This document shows, one piece after another, positions 25,183 to 40,653 of a DNA stretch of 64,000 nt. Under the pieces are notes generated by a model. That model ran no database searches. It was not told where the DNA came from and saw nothing but the letters and a program-made list of their open reading frames with translations. Source of the DNA: Eledone cirrhosa (taxonomy: Eukaryota); contig OZ024751.1 in assembly GCA_964016885.1 (NCBI GenBank), forward strand, positions 50,282,001 to 50,346,000. Reading direction: 5' to 3'. Positions within the stretch are counted from its first letter, which is position 1. Each line of letters begins with the position of its first letter. The position numbers and the translations under genes were made by a program.

Positions 25183-25187
<5 letters not shown>
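25012..25187. mobile_element. ~120-bp hammerhead-like element with a short fold-back arm
   Basis: 25012-25151 is the family body; 25154-25186 is an inverted copy of 25092-25123. TA-flanked. Confidence 0.8.
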
Positions 25188-25244
<57 letters not shown>

Positions 25245-25599
25245 GTTTATAAGTATAGATATATGTATATGTATATATACATGTGTGCGTATATATTCCA
25301 CAAATTTCAGTTCTTGAAATGTGTTCCATATTTCCAATTCGTTGGATAAACTATTTTTGTTTGGCGTTCTAATGAAGAACGCTATGGTACGACCGTATTA
25401 CGATGTATTGTAGTGTGTTGGGTCTAAATTAATGGCGCATTCTGCAATTACCAAACGATAATGCACAATTACTCACTGATTTGTTAAGTTCGTGTTTTTA
25501 ATATAGATAAAATTATATTTTTCAAGGAGAAAAATTTATATATGTGTGTATATATATGATATATATTTATATATATATTATATGTTATATAATATGTAT

Positions 25600-25938
25600 G
25601 AAGGCGGTCTTGGTGGTTAGAGCATTAAGCTTGCAATTGAGTGGTTGTGAGTTCGATTCTCGGGCCGGGTGATGTGTTGTGTCCTTGGACAAGACACTAT
25701 ATTTCATCTTGATCCCGTTCACTCAGTTGTAGAAATGAGTTGCGACGTTACTGGTGCCAAGCTCTATTGGCCATTTCCTTCCTCTTGGGCAACATGGGTG
25801 GCGTGGAGAGGGAAGACTGGTATGCATGGGTGACTGCTGGTCTTCCACAAACTAACCTCGCCCAGGCTTGTACCTTGGGAGGAAACTTTCTAGGTGCAAT
25901 CCATGGTCATTAGTGACCGATGGGGGCCGCGCTAAAAA
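25600..25938 (+). mobile_element. tRNA-derived SINE (family B-like)
   Basis: A-box TGGTGGTTAGAGC, B-box GAGTTCGATTC, conserved core GTGTTGTGTCCTTGGACAAGACACT. TSD ATAATATGTAT at 25589-25599 and 25939-25949. Confidence 0.8.
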
Positions 25939-28855
25939 ATAATATGTATTTACATTATATATTATATATCTGTCGTACATTATATTATATCATTCATAAT
26001 GCTTTTTAAGTGAAAGCTCATTCCCTTCCTCATAAATTGACAATGGGCTGTGAAACATGTAAACATAATAGTTGTATTTTTCTGTTTCCGTTCAGAGCTC
26101 ATATTGATATATTTCTTTCCGTTGCACCTTCATAGAACATGTAGCACCTGTGATCTTTATGTAGGTGATCCGTGACGCCTGACAGTGATAAACTCCGTGA
26201 TTCAAACTGGAAACGTCGTTCTTGTGAAATCAACAGAGAACACTGCTCAAGGCTCTCAAGTGGGCTTTCGTAGGACTTGAAATCAGAACGCACACAGTAG
26301 GAACAAATATTCAACACTAACAACTCTACAAAATTGGTCAACCATGAATATATGTGTATGTGTATACGTGCGTGCGTGTATGCCTCCGTGCGTCCGTGTG
26401 TGCGTCTATGCGTGTATGCATCTGTGCGTCTATGCGTGTATGCCTCCGTGCATCTATGCGTCTGTGTGTCGGAGTGTGCGCGTCACAGAAACACAATTAA
26501 TTATTAGAATTGTTTAGTTTTCATGTGATACATCCAACATCATGCTTCATCTCTCTGATTCATCTCTTTCTATATACTCTATAAGTCCACGTGGAACTGC
26601 ATGTTTATGTCCATATACATTTGATTCACTATGATTATATGTGTTCATCCATGCGTGTGAAGTTTGAATCGTGCGATAATTACGTCGAATTAACAGAACA
26701 TATAAAGATTTGCATCTCATAGATGGGAGAATTTAATATTAATGTTTTGACAGAAATTATTGGTGAGAATGAAGAAATTGATATATTGGGTCGTCAAGTA
26801 TGACATTTGTAGAAATTTGTAGAAACAAAAACAAACTTCTACAAATTTCATACTTGACGATCCAATAGAATCATACTTGACGATCCAATAGAATCAATGA
26901 AAGTTACGGTAACTTGTGCAGCCAGTCGTTGGGGTTCCATTCTAGACGTTTTACCGAGTGTACTTCATTGCATTTCAGTGATCCTTACTTAGAAATGCTT
27001 GGCGGTGTTCATCACCTCACCAAGCATCCTGTCCCTCACTAAGAATCAGTTAGTGGGATATGGCTAAAAAAATTGCCCTGAAACCAGAGGTGAGAACCAG
27101 GTAAGAACTTGAGGATCTGTCCATCTCTTAGGATGCTGCTGCTGTTTAACATCAACATTTTCTTTTTACCCAAAGAACCCAGTTTTGGGAATGTTTCTTT
27201 AAATCCCAGATAACGATACAACAGGTATTGCAATAATGTGTCTCCAAATCCCTTCTCTTTTGATAAATAGAATGAAGAATGTTTAGGATGATTCTATAGA
27301 ATCAGACACTAACAACAACGTTTATGGAGCTTCGTGCCGGGACACTGAATATATTTAGTAGGAAGATGTAAATAAAGTGAAATTCCTTTGTTGTGAGAAT
27401 GTTGAACTACCTCTAGAAGCCTCAGGCCCCGCATACTGTGAGCTAGAGAGATTCAGTAACGTGCCTGATGAGGAGGAAGGAGGGCATGTAGGCGGCACTT
27501 TTGGGGCTGTTAAATATATTCCAGTATGTGGAGATGGTAGGGGCAGCAAACTCAAAGGCTGTCCCTGGCGGCACACACATACACACACACACACTAGCTA
27601 CGCCACAGGAGAGATTACAAAAAGCATTCACAAACATGTAAGCAAAAGTCTGTGTTTTTTTCTACCTCTGTTAAGACCTTGCGTCTGTTAAGACCTTAGC
27701 TGTAATTTCTAGCTGATTGAGTGATTACATAAAGGCTCACTTGTTAATTCACCAAGAAGTTATATTTACTCTCGTAAGTTGTATCAGTCCTAAGTATTTC
27801 TCCGTTCGATTCCCTTACAGCATTTATTAACCATGCTGAAGGGTGTAAATCCAATTACCATTCCTACTACAGATAACATATCGTGAGAGATTTATGAAAT
27901 AATTGTAATTATGTTCTGAATCATACTACATCAAAGTCATGAAGGTTGAGTGAATTATCTTTAGCTGTTTCCATTTCCCTTATGATCAAGTAATCTTATT
28001 TCTTCGCTTCACTTTAGAAACATGAAAATTGGATTGCTTAACGTTCATGTATCCATACATATCATATATTTCCGCATCCTTGTGTCTTTGAAAGACTACA
28101 TATAAGAAGGAATATTCTGTGGGAAGAAGCCGTGGTGCAGAAAATAGGGGCGGGGATCGATAAATTCGTTACAACATCAGATGCAATACTTTACAGTAAC
28201 TATTCCTGACTGTATGAGTTTAAATTCTCCAGAGATTAAATTTAATGTCCGTCTTTTCTATGTCGATAAATAAAGTACAGTACTAGTAAAAATCGGTGGT
28301 TTACTGCAATTGTTTGGGAATATGTTAAAGTATTTAGTTTAAGCCATGTTGCGTCTAAAGCTTAGATTCCAGAATTTTACAAGTTATGTATATATATGTA
28401 ACATGTGATGCAGTAAATGAATATAGGTCCGAACACAAAGGAACTAAACTTCCACTGCCACTGCCTCCGTCTCTTCCACTCTCTCCATCTTTCACTATTG
28501 TGAGCAAATGGGGGCCCACCCCGCGGTCTCGGCGCACACAATAGAGAAGGCGTTTCCATGGAGGGTGGTGAGGGATGGTGAGTATCAAATGAGATACTTA
28601 TTTTATATCTGTCACGGTTCATTGTGATCTAAGTTCAAATTCTATCTAGCATCGATGGTCAGGACTGATCACCTGACCTTGGGACCACAACTAATTATGA
28701 AAACTGCATTGTAAATAAGCAGTACAATCAGAATGCGGTGTGGTTCACTGATCTATGGCATGTATACTAAAACTTTGGGAGGTATAGATGTCCCAACTGA
28801 CTGCATTCATTCAATAAGACAATATCTTATAACGGCTTTGTCGTAGAGGTATTGT

Positions 28856-29187
28856 GAAGGTGCATGGTTTAGTGGTTAAGGTGTTTGGCTCATGATCGTA
28901 AGGTCGTGTGTTCGATTTCCATCGACGCATTGTGTTCTTGAGCAAGGCACTTTATTTCGCAGAGCTCTAATCCACTCAGCTGTCAAAAATGAGTTGTATT
29001 TGTAATTCAAAGGGCCAGCCTTATCACACACTGTTTTATGCTTAATCAAACTGAAAACAACGTTAGGGCTCTCGTATCTGTGGAATGCTGAGCCACTTGC
29101 ACGTTAATTTCATGAGCAGGCTGAGCCAGTGATCGAACAACTGGAACACTGATCGTTAGAACCGACGGAGGTCCAACAACAACAACA
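28856..29187 (+). mobile_element. tRNA-derived SINE family B with (AAC)n tail
   Basis: GGTTTAGTGGTTAAGG...GTTCGATT head, TTGTGTTCTTGAGCAAGGCACTTTATTTC core. Confidence 0.75.
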
Positions 29188-29294
29188 CTGAAGCTAGTAC
29201 CAATAGGCTGGGTACAAGGGTCACACTTGAAAGGGACTGCAATTTGGACATCAGGATTAGGAAGATGTTAATTGATACTGTGACCCTAAATATA

Positions 29295-29634
29295 AGTCAG
29301 CATCATTATTGTAATAATTTTAATTATTGTAATAAGTTTAATAATTTTAATAATTTTAATTATCATAACCATTATCATCATCATCATCATCATAGACGTC
29401 ATCGGTGTCGTTGTCTTCATCATCATCGTCGTCATAATCACTGTCAACATTATCATCATGATCGTTATCATCATCATCCTCATCATCATCACCATCACCA
29501 TCATCATCACCATCACCACCATCATCATCGTCGTCGCCGTCGTCAACATCCAAGTGAACATCATCAGCAACATTGGTAGCATCATCATTGTAAACATCAC
29601 CATCATCATCATCATCATCATCATCGGTGTCATT

Positions 29635-29665
<31 letters not shown>

Positions 29666-29770
29666 TCATCACCTCAGTCATGAAACTAGCCATGGTAATG
29701 CTCCTCGTGATGACTCTAATCATAACAGTTATCATCAGCGTCTTCAAGATAATTTTGTTGATAATCACTA
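29295..29770. repeat. Degenerate (CAT)n/(AAT)n microsatellite
   Basis: Read directly; explains the poly-H/I/M/D ORFs. Confidence 0.9.
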
Positions 29771-29911
29771 GATTGGTATTGATTTAAAGTTAAAGAAATT
29801 GTTTTCATCAAAGAGAAAGTATCAAGTAGAAACTAGACGACAGTAGACGAGAGATGAAACGAGATTATACGAGGACATAAATAGATCTGAAGCCACTTGA
29901 ATTTAACGTAT

Positions 29912-29993
<82 letters not shown>

Positions 29994-30056
29994 ACAGGGA
30001 CGGTGGGGGGACCTTTTCCGTCTGAAGAACCATCTTCAGCTAAAAGAAAATAGTAA

Positions 30057-30240
30057 TAATTGTTTCTACTTTAGGCACAAAGCCACCAATTTTGGGGGGA
30101 GGGGAAAGTGGATCAAATCGACCCCAGTTCATTGCTAGTATTTTATTTTATCGAGATCGTAAGGAGGAAAGATGAAGCTAACCTCGGCGGGATTTGAACT
30201 TAGACCGTAAATGGCCGTAACTCTATGCTGCAAAGCATAT
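30057..30240 (-). mobile_element. SINE A (diverged)
   Basis: ATTGTTTCTACTTTAGGCAC...ACCTCGGCGGGATTTGAACT. Confidence 0.75.
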
Positions 30241-31258
30241 TGTCCCAGAAAAGTATTCCTATACTGTCACTCGATTTAACACATCTGATCCTTGAAAGAC
30301 TGCAGCGGAGTTCAGCTCTCCAGTTTGCTTATATTTTCTTTTCTCTCTTACACAAGTATCAGAACCCATAAAAACTATCAGGGCTACTGTCCTACTATTT
30401 TTATTAAGCTATAAAACATATTTCATTTACTCTGTATTTCATTTCACACTGAGCAACAGATGAAGTAACTTGAGTAAGTTCTATGCTATAAATAAATGTA
30501 GATAATACTTATATAATCAGTTTATATTATAAATATAAGTTGTCTATTGATTTGTTAACAATTTTAAATCATTGCAGATACCACACACCTAATCTTAGAC
30601 AAACCTAATTTAATTTGATATAATTTACTGTCAACTACCATCTCCTTAATAATCGTTGAATATGTGAGATGCCTTCTCAAGCTGCTCCATTGACAAATTA
30701 ACACGACAGAGACGTTAAGTTGTTTTATATTATAAGGGTGAAGAAGATAGAAAATGTATAATAGCCATTTTGTTTATCTGCCAGCCAATCATAGCAGCTT
30801 TTGGAAACAAAACAAGATTTGTTGGGTAGTTTAATCAAATAATTATTGTTAATGGCTGGCTAAAGATAAATTGAAATGGGTGAATACCTGAGTTAAAAGG
30901 CTGTATATTTCAAACGAGACAAACTACAGAAGAAATCGAGAAACAAATTATCTATAATCTAAACAATATTTAATTTTGCCATCTATAAAATATGTAAAAT
31001 TATCGCTGGCTTCTTTCCAAGAATTGTGAGAAAAGAGAAAACATATTTTCCAAACCTGCCAGAAAATAAAACATGTTTTCTGTCATATCGAGTATTTTCG
31101 CAGTTTCCTTTGTATGACGTGTTCGTGAATATTGAAATAAACATGGCTACACATGCATGTATACATGCATACTCACAGGCATACATACGTACATACAAAC
31201 ATACATACATATGAACTATAAATATATCATTATATATGTATGCAAACACACACATATA

Positions 31259-31289
<31 letters not shown>

Positions 31290-31435
31290 GGAAAAAAAGA
31301 TGAAATCGAAAATGCAACTGGAGTCTTATTTTAAAAAATATATATATATTTATTTGGTTCCTTTACCGGTTTCACAGTTCTTCTGCTTTTCAAAAGTAGA
31401 GTTGAGATGGAGGGTCTGTGGTTTTCTCACATCTG

Positions 31436-31505
31436 AGACGGCTATTTCTGGAAATAGCCGTCGAAACTGGTTGAGCTCTGCCGTCGGGGCCATACTTTTT
31501 CCTAT
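31436..31505. mobile_element. Partial ~120-bp hammerhead-like element with hairpin
   Basis: GACGGCTATTTC-TG-GAAATAGCCGTC-GAAAC...GAGCTCTGCCGTCGGGG.CATACTTTTTCCTAT. Confidence 0.7.
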
Positions 31506-31617
31506 ATATATATATATCTACTCTCTATTTTCCTTAAGTTTAATTTGAATAATGTTCTTAACGGTCTTAACAATTAATAACATCTCATATATATATATAT
31601 ATACATGTATATAAGAG

Positions 31618-31681
<64 letters not shown>

Positions 31682-31692
31682 ATATACGTGTA

Positions 31693-31763
<71 letters not shown>

Positions 31764-31778
31764 GTATATATACGTGTA

Positions 31779-31836
<58 letters not shown>

Positions 31837-31904
31837 AGTATATATGTATGCATGTTTGTAAATGTGGGATTTTTTATTCATGTACCAGAATGATAATTCC
31901 AATC

Positions 31905-31979
31905 TCTTGGTGATGGTGATGATAATGATGATGATGATGGTGATGATGATAATGATGATGATGATGGTGATGATGATGG

Positions 31980-32030
<51 letters not shown>

Positions 32031-32117
32031 CGGTGATGATGATGATGATGATAATGATGATGATGATGGTGATGATGATAATGATGATGATGATGGTGAT
32101 GATGATGATGATGACGG

Positions 32118-32151
<34 letters not shown>

Positions 32152-32162
32152 AATTTATGATG
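31905..32162. repeat. (GAT)n microsatellite
   Basis: Read directly from the sequence. Confidence 0.95.
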
Positions 32163-32535
32163 CTCCTCCCTACATTGTGGTAATGCCGGTGGTTTCAATA
32201 GTGACATTAAATAGCTTTTAGAGTTGTATGCAAATATATCTGTTCAATGAGAAAGTATGTATTTAGTGTGTGAGAGTGTGTGTGTGCGTGTGTGTGCGTG
32301 TGTGTGCGTGAGTGGTTGTTGGTGTATGTGAGTGGTTGTTGGTTTGTGTGTGTGTGTGTGGATAGAGAAGTAGAGTGTGTACATCCATGTGGTGCTGTAC
32401 TATTCGATACAGTGTGTTCTCTACAAACACTACTGTTGACTGATATTGCAAATATTAACACAGATTATCCACTTTAAGCCTTTAGCATAAAACCATTTAA
32501 AACAATGATTAAGCCTGGAAATATATACATGAAAT

Positions 32536-32797
<262 letters not shown>

Positions 32798-32929
32798 GGA
32801 TTTGTCTATTGGCTACTGGAGCCAAAACACGAAGCACAAAACAAATAAACAATGTCTGGAAATTTGTATAAATTGAGTAAACCAGGGAAAAAAATCAAGT
32901 AACAAGGCACTATGACAAGTAACAATAAA

Positions 32930-33260
32930 TTAATAATAACGGAGTTCCCCAATAGGAGGGAGAACTACCGAAGGGTAATTTAGGAGCCCCACAGATCCAA
33001 GACCATCTCAGTCCCCGAGAGCACAATAAGAAATTGCTCCTCTTTACTCTGTTATCTCCAGCCTGAAAGTCCATGCTTAGAGTAGACTTGTTCATTCAGG
33101 TCATTCTCAGTACATTCAGCCGCCTTCAGCCACAAATATAATGGAGTGGACAGCACTTCCCTCTCCACCCTCACCTTCCTTTCTAAGTAGAACTTGAAAA
33201 AGTTGATGCTGGCTTGTCAGGAGAGGAATCTGTTTGTTTTAGCTCTGACACTGCAATGTT
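32930..33260 (-). mobile_element. Old Tx1/L1-like LINE 3' fragment
   Basis: Minus strand encodes INFFKFYLERKVRVEREVLS, homologous to IPFFKYHFRRRIRVQREALH at 42440-42500. Confidence 0.5.
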
Positions 33261-35156
33261 TGTCATACACTCTAAAGAAAAGGTTCAGAGTCATTCTCAC
33301 AGCTTGCACATCGGTTAAAATACTTCTAATTGCCTCTTCTAGTTTAACTTACTAATTCTTGCTCTGCTATATAATTTGTAGGGGTTTAGTAATATGACTA
33401 GCTTTCTCATTATTAAGCTGATGTTTGGAGTATAACTTAACAAAGGTTTTTGCATAAACTTACGGTAGAAATTGTCCAGACAGTTTGCATCTAGAGCACA
33501 ATGTCGGTGATGAGACTAGTGTCAAGCAATACCATTCCTTGGCTTACATTTAAACAACATTGGTGAGACATGGAAAGAAAAGACTTGCAAAACATGGACA
33601 ACTGCCGACCTGACTTTAAAAATGATTGTCTCAGGATCTTTCCAGGTATACATTGATTGTCTCAGGAGACTTACAGAGTTTGTTTGTTTTGTTTTTCTCA
33701 AGATTTATCCATTTTTTCTCAATATTTATCCATTGAAAGATGAAATATTTGTTTCTACTACTTACCCACAGTTCCAGTTAGACGATTGGGACGTAATCCT
33801 TTAGCTTGCTCAACTGTAGCGTTTATTCTATTCTCCCAAGGCTGGAAAAGAATTGTGGTTTGTATGCATCCAAGGTCCTGGGAACGAGAGATAATAGAAA
33901 ACAGAAGCAAGATTATAATATTTGGGGGTATTAATCTTAACTTTAGTGTGTGTATTTACAATATTTATATCTATATAACATTTCAAACAATATAATCTGC
34001 GATCATTATCATATATATTATTCCTAGATATGTTTATTGTGGTCCCCGATTGGCTTTAAACAAGTTACATTTATTTTTTAACATAAGGTATCTTAAAGCA
34101 TAGGGCAAGGTTCATGCTCCATTGGTCTTATATATCAGGACATGGCTGTCTTTAGATTACAAATTAAGTTTAGAAGTTTGAAACCAATCAGGTTTCAAGT
34201 ACATATCCAAAGATTTGACACCTGTTAGTCACAAGAGATGAGAACAAGCGAAATACGAGTAGAATAATATATTCGGATTATACAGTCTAAAGATATGGTT
34301 ATTAGTTCCGAAAATTGGAATCTTATTAAAATAGACACACTTAGACATTGATGTTAAATCAATGGACACATGTTAGTCAACAGCAGTTTTATTTCGCAAT
34401 AAAGTATATTTATCATTCTTCTTTAAAAATAACTTTTATAAGGAAAGATAAGAATGTCTATGCTTATATCTCTGGAGGTGGATAATGGTAAGTTGACTGA
34501 AGTAGAATATTACTGAAATGACATTGAAATATGTGAAATTAACATAGATTGGGAATAATGTTTCTACAGCCAAGGAAATTAACACATCACTTTGTACCTA
34601 TTTACAGCTAGAGTGAGTGAGCCAGCGAATGTTACAAATACTATGGAAGCCAGAACCAGAGCCAGATCCCAACAGCAGTGAAAGGATATGAGTTAAAGAA
34701 ATCTTCAAATCAGATTGGTGGTGCCAGTTGACATCTCTCATTCGCAAAGCCGTCTTCATAATCTGGCAGAAAAAAACTCTGTTGTTAACCCACGAGCCCC
34801 AGCTGGAAGTATGGAGGCTTCGTAAGGAATCAGCAGAATTTATTTACCAGGAATACGACACAGTCTTCAGCAAAATTATACAATTTATATTAATAATAAA
34901 TATTAATAACAAGGATTTATTAAACCTTTGAACAACTTGGCTTGCTACCACTGCAAATATACCTGTGAAGAAGGAAAATAAACTGTGTAATTGATAATTA
35001 GTTGCTGTTGAGATATTAAATGTTACATCTTTGTATAATATTGGACATTGTTGTATGATTTAGAAGTTTACTTTATAACCATGGAGCTTCAGGTTCATCT
35101 CTGTGTGCGTATGTATGAATATATGTATATAAATATATTTTTATATATAAATTTAT

Positions 35157-35902
35157 ATAAATTACACAATAATCAAAGCTATGTTCAAATCATTTTATTG
35201 CTGGCAATCGTTTCTTCCAAACTTTCGTTTGGAATCATCGGAGTACTAGCAATGTTTGTACATATAATTAACCTCCTATTCAACTGAACAATCATATAGA
35301 TACATGGATATTAATGTTGTCAACAACAGTTTCGTATTTACAGAGTGGAATGGATGCGACATAGATTACAAGAGAATTGTACAATAATAAAAATTAAAAT
35401 TTAAAAATTAAAAAGCATAGAGTGGAATGCATGTGACAGAGATTACAAGGGAATAGTATAAGAATTAAAGAGGTAGTACCATTGCTTGTTTTCTTCCTGT
35501 ATTTGCCTAACGCATTTGCACTCTCTATACGCTTGCATATGTACTGCTAGTGTCCTCGTTTAACGAGTAACTTTCTAACTTAATGCCTCTTTAATTATTA
35601 TACTATTCCATTGTAATCTCTGTCGCAAGCATTCCACTCTGTGCCTTTTTAATTTTTAATTTTTAATTTTAATTATTGTACAATTCTCTTGTAATCTATG
35701 TCGCATCCATTCCACTCTGTAAATACGAAACTGTTGTTGACAACATTAATATCCATGTATCTATATGATTGTTCAGTTGAATAGGAGGTTAATTATATGT
35801 ACAAATATTGCTAGTGCTCCGATGATTCCATACGAAAGTTTGGAAGAAACGATTGTCAGCAATAAAATGATTTGAATATAGCTTTAATGTTTGTGTAATT
35901 TA
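35157..35902. mobile_element. Non-coding palindromic element (arms ~315 bp, spacer ~110 bp) carrying a hammerhead
   Basis: 35157-35472 is the reverse complement of 35585-35902 with a few mismatches. Confidence 0.85.
35815..35861 (+). ncRNA. Type-I hammerhead (U4C core variant)
   Basis: UGCU-CCGAUGA-UUCCAUAC-GAAA-GUUUGGAA-GAAAC-GAUU-GUC-AGCA. The inverted copy at ~35199-35246 has GCC instead of GUC. Confidence 0.75.
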
Positions 35903-36110
35903 TATTCCTGCTCTGTAAAACATCTGATGTATTTACATTGAGCTATTTTTCTTACTGGTAATAAGGTAGTAATAAATTACTGACCTTTCCTGTTTATAGT
36001 TGTATATAGTGTATACATAACTATAAATAATATTATTATTATTTTAAATATATTATTATTATTTAAATATATTATTATTATTTAAATATATTATTATTAT
36101 TTTAAATATA

Positions 36111-36292
36111 CGGTGGATTGGCAGTATCGGTAGAGGGTCGGACGCCATGCTTTCCAGCATAGTTACGTCCCTTTACGATATGAGTTCAAATCCCGCCGAG
36201 GTTGACTTTGCCTTTCATCCTTACGGGGTCGATAAAATAAAGTACCAGTAATGCACTGGGTAATTGCTGGCCTTGTGCCTAAAGTAGAAACA
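36111..36292 (+). mobile_element. Full-length tRNA-derived SINE A
   Basis: A-box-like TGGCAGTATCGGTAG, B-box GAGTTCAAATCCC. 18-bp TSD ATTATTATTTTAAATATA at 36093-36110 and 36293-36310. Confidence 0.9.
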
Positions 36293-36302
36293 ATTATTAT
36301 TT

Positions 36303-37536
<1,234 letters not shown>

Positions 37537-37572
37537 TGTGTGTGTGTGTGTATATATATGTATATATATATA

Positions 37573-38046
37573 TGAGGGTGTTAAAGTTTGCTTGAAGCAT
37601 TGTGAAATGTGTAAAATACGTAGTTAAGAAAGCCACAACAATGCAGAGGGCAATCTCGAGGTAGGAAGTGAATGATAGATAGGAGAAACAGGTGAAAGTG
37701 AAAAATTGAGAGAGACAAAGATGAAAACAAAACAAAGGTAGAAGGGTTACCGTAGTAGAGATTTAATCCCAATATTTCGGGCTCACGCCCATCAACGGGG
37801 GAAAGTTCCAAAACGGGGGAAACAGGCCAAGCGGAGAAAGTTGTGATGTCGTTAAGACAGGAATGCCGTTATGAAACGGCATTCCTGTCTTATTGGGATT
37901 AAATCTCTACTACGGTAACCCTTCTACCTTTGTTTTGTTTTCATCTTTGTCTCTCTCAATTTTTCACTTTCACCTGTTTCTCCTATCTATCATTCACTTC
38001 CTACCTCGAGATTGCCCTCTGCATTGTTGTGGCTTTCTTAACTACG

Positions 38047-38050
<4 letters not shown>
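37573..38050. mobile_element. Non-coding fold-back element with a degenerate hammerhead at 37767-37801 (-)
   Basis: 37615-37774 is inverted at 37891-38050. Internal hairpin TAAGACAGGAATGCCGTT/AACGGCATTCCTGTCTTA. Minus strand reads CCGUUGA-U-GGGC-GUGA-GCCC-GAAAUAUU-GGG. Confidence 0.75.
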
Positions 38051-38088
<38 letters not shown>

Positions 38089-38477
38089 TCTTTATTACAG
38101 TAAAATGACGAGTTTGTTAATTCTGGAGTTTCACCTGTGTACTCATAGGATCATAACACAATTGAATACTCGTTCCCGCTTCCCTCAATATCACACAAAT
38201 ATACATATGTGTCTGTGTGTATGCTTATGTATAAATACATAAATACATACATGAATACATACATACACACATACATACATATGTGTGCGTGCGTATCTGT
38301 GTTTATGTGTGTTTGAGTGAGATATGTTTATGTCAGTTTGTGTAAATCTGCAAAGCAATAATCAATGCCGTCAATTCCATATGCCCCCAAACAATAGATA
38401 TCCCACGAATTATTAAGTGGGTGTTAAAGTCTTTTACTTCCCTTCCTGTCTATCTATTTATCTTTCCACCTGTGTCA

Positions 38478-38508
<31 letters not shown>

Positions 38509-38555
38509 GGTATATATATATACATATATATATGTATATATAAATATATGTGTAA

Positions 38556-38593
<38 letters not shown>

Positions 38594-38627
38594 ATGTATA
38601 TATATATGTATATATATATATATATTT

Positions 38628-38684
<57 letters not shown>

Positions 38685-38754
38685 AATATATATATACATA
38701 TATATATATTTACACATATATTTATATATACATATATATATATGTATATATATA

Positions 38755-38808
<54 letters not shown>

Positions 38809-38926
38809 GCATATATGTTATAGAATGCCGTTAGCTTCTTGCTAAAACAATCTCTATACGTCTCATTTATATATATATATATATATTTAATCTGTTATTT
38901 TAATAAATATATATATATTTATACAC

Positions 38927-38957
<31 letters not shown>

Positions 38958-38958
38958 C

Positions 38959-39041
<83 letters not shown>

Positions 39042-39655
39042 TGTACATATATATATCCATTTATCTATTCATCTATCTGTCTGTCATTCTTCATATCTAC
39101 TCATACTTTTTTTCTTTTGGGTTTTCCATTATTATTTCCCTCCCTCTCTCTCTCTCTCTCGCTCTCTCTCTCTCTGTCTCTCCCCCCCCCCTATCTCTCT
39201 CTCTCTCTCTTTGCTGTCGACATTGTTATACCAATTATGTTGTACTGTGTATTAGTCTTCAGAATATTCTAGATGATAAACGTTATTTAAAAACATATCT
39301 GAAACGTGGCGAATGTAACAAGAAAGAGAGACGAAGAATAGCCAATACTATGAAGTATCTCACAATATTCCACAGTATTTCCCGGCAGATGACACACTGC
39401 AAGATGTACCATTAACTGAATGTATTATGAACCATAAAACACTGATGTTGCCAATTGAAAGATAATCTTTAATGCAATCATCCAAATTATAAGAAATCGA
39501 TTAGGTGAGATGAATGCTGAAGGAAATAACAAATAACAAATAACGAATAAGAAATTAATAATAAAAAAAAGTAAAACCTAGAATATTAATATAACACTTA
39601 AATAAAGTTATATTTGCACAAAGACACACATGCACACGCAACCATACACACATAG

Positions 39656-39731
<76 letters not shown>

Positions 39732-39904
39732 TCATACATACATATGTATATACATACATATGTAGGCTTGCATGCATAAACACATACTAACATACATAGA
39801 TACATTCATACATACATATATACATACATATGTAGGCGAGCATGCATAAACACATACTAAACATACATACATATGCACAAACATATACATATATACAGAT
39901 GAAT

Positions 39905-40004
<100 letters not shown>

Positions 40005-40406
40005 ACACACACACAATGCACAAGCTGTCTGAGAAGCGATGTCAGCTGCAATGACATATACTAATATCAAGTAATGATCTGAAGAAAATTTAAGCTCTCG
40101 CCTGATATTTCTTTCTTACAGCTGACTAAATCGATAATGTACGCAGAACTCCTACACAGAGATAAAAGGACAGCTCCATAGCCCTTTTTTTTATTTAGTG
40201 CCTCTCATAAATTTCAGATATTCTCAAACCAGAAACTACCAGGCCTTAAAACTTGCGATAGTGACAACACCACTAAATACACCCAATATCCAGGTGCTTG
40301 AATTAAACCATGCAGCAGTCCAGATTAATTCAACTGGCTACGAATGCCACAGTTTGATTTATACACCTCTTGGACACTGTATATGCATGCCATATGTTAT
40401 ACATAC

Positions 40407-40437
<31 letters not shown>

Positions 40438-40442
40438 TATAT

Positions 40443-40505
<63 letters not shown>

Positions 40506-40525
40506 TGTATATATATGTGTGTGTG

Positions 40526-40615
<90 letters not shown>

Positions 40616-40653
40616 TGTGTGTATATATATGTGTGTATATATATATGTATATA

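Noticed and set aside
25600-25680. tRNA-like heads as tRNA genes (also 28856 and 36111)
   Set aside because: A and B boxes are present but there is no full cloverleaf; they continue into SINE bodies with tails and TSDs.
26099-26341. Minus-strand ORF (SYESPLESLEQCSLLIS) as a second C2 exon
   Set aside because: Only a faint resemblance, a weak acceptor, and the downstream residues do not fit a C2 fold.
27355-27691. GC-richer overlapping ORFs
   Set aside because: No recognisable motifs or splice structure; left unannotated.
34600-34770. Minus-strand segment after TTTTTTTCTGCCAG as a downstream exon
   Set aside because: The translation has no recognisable domain similarity.
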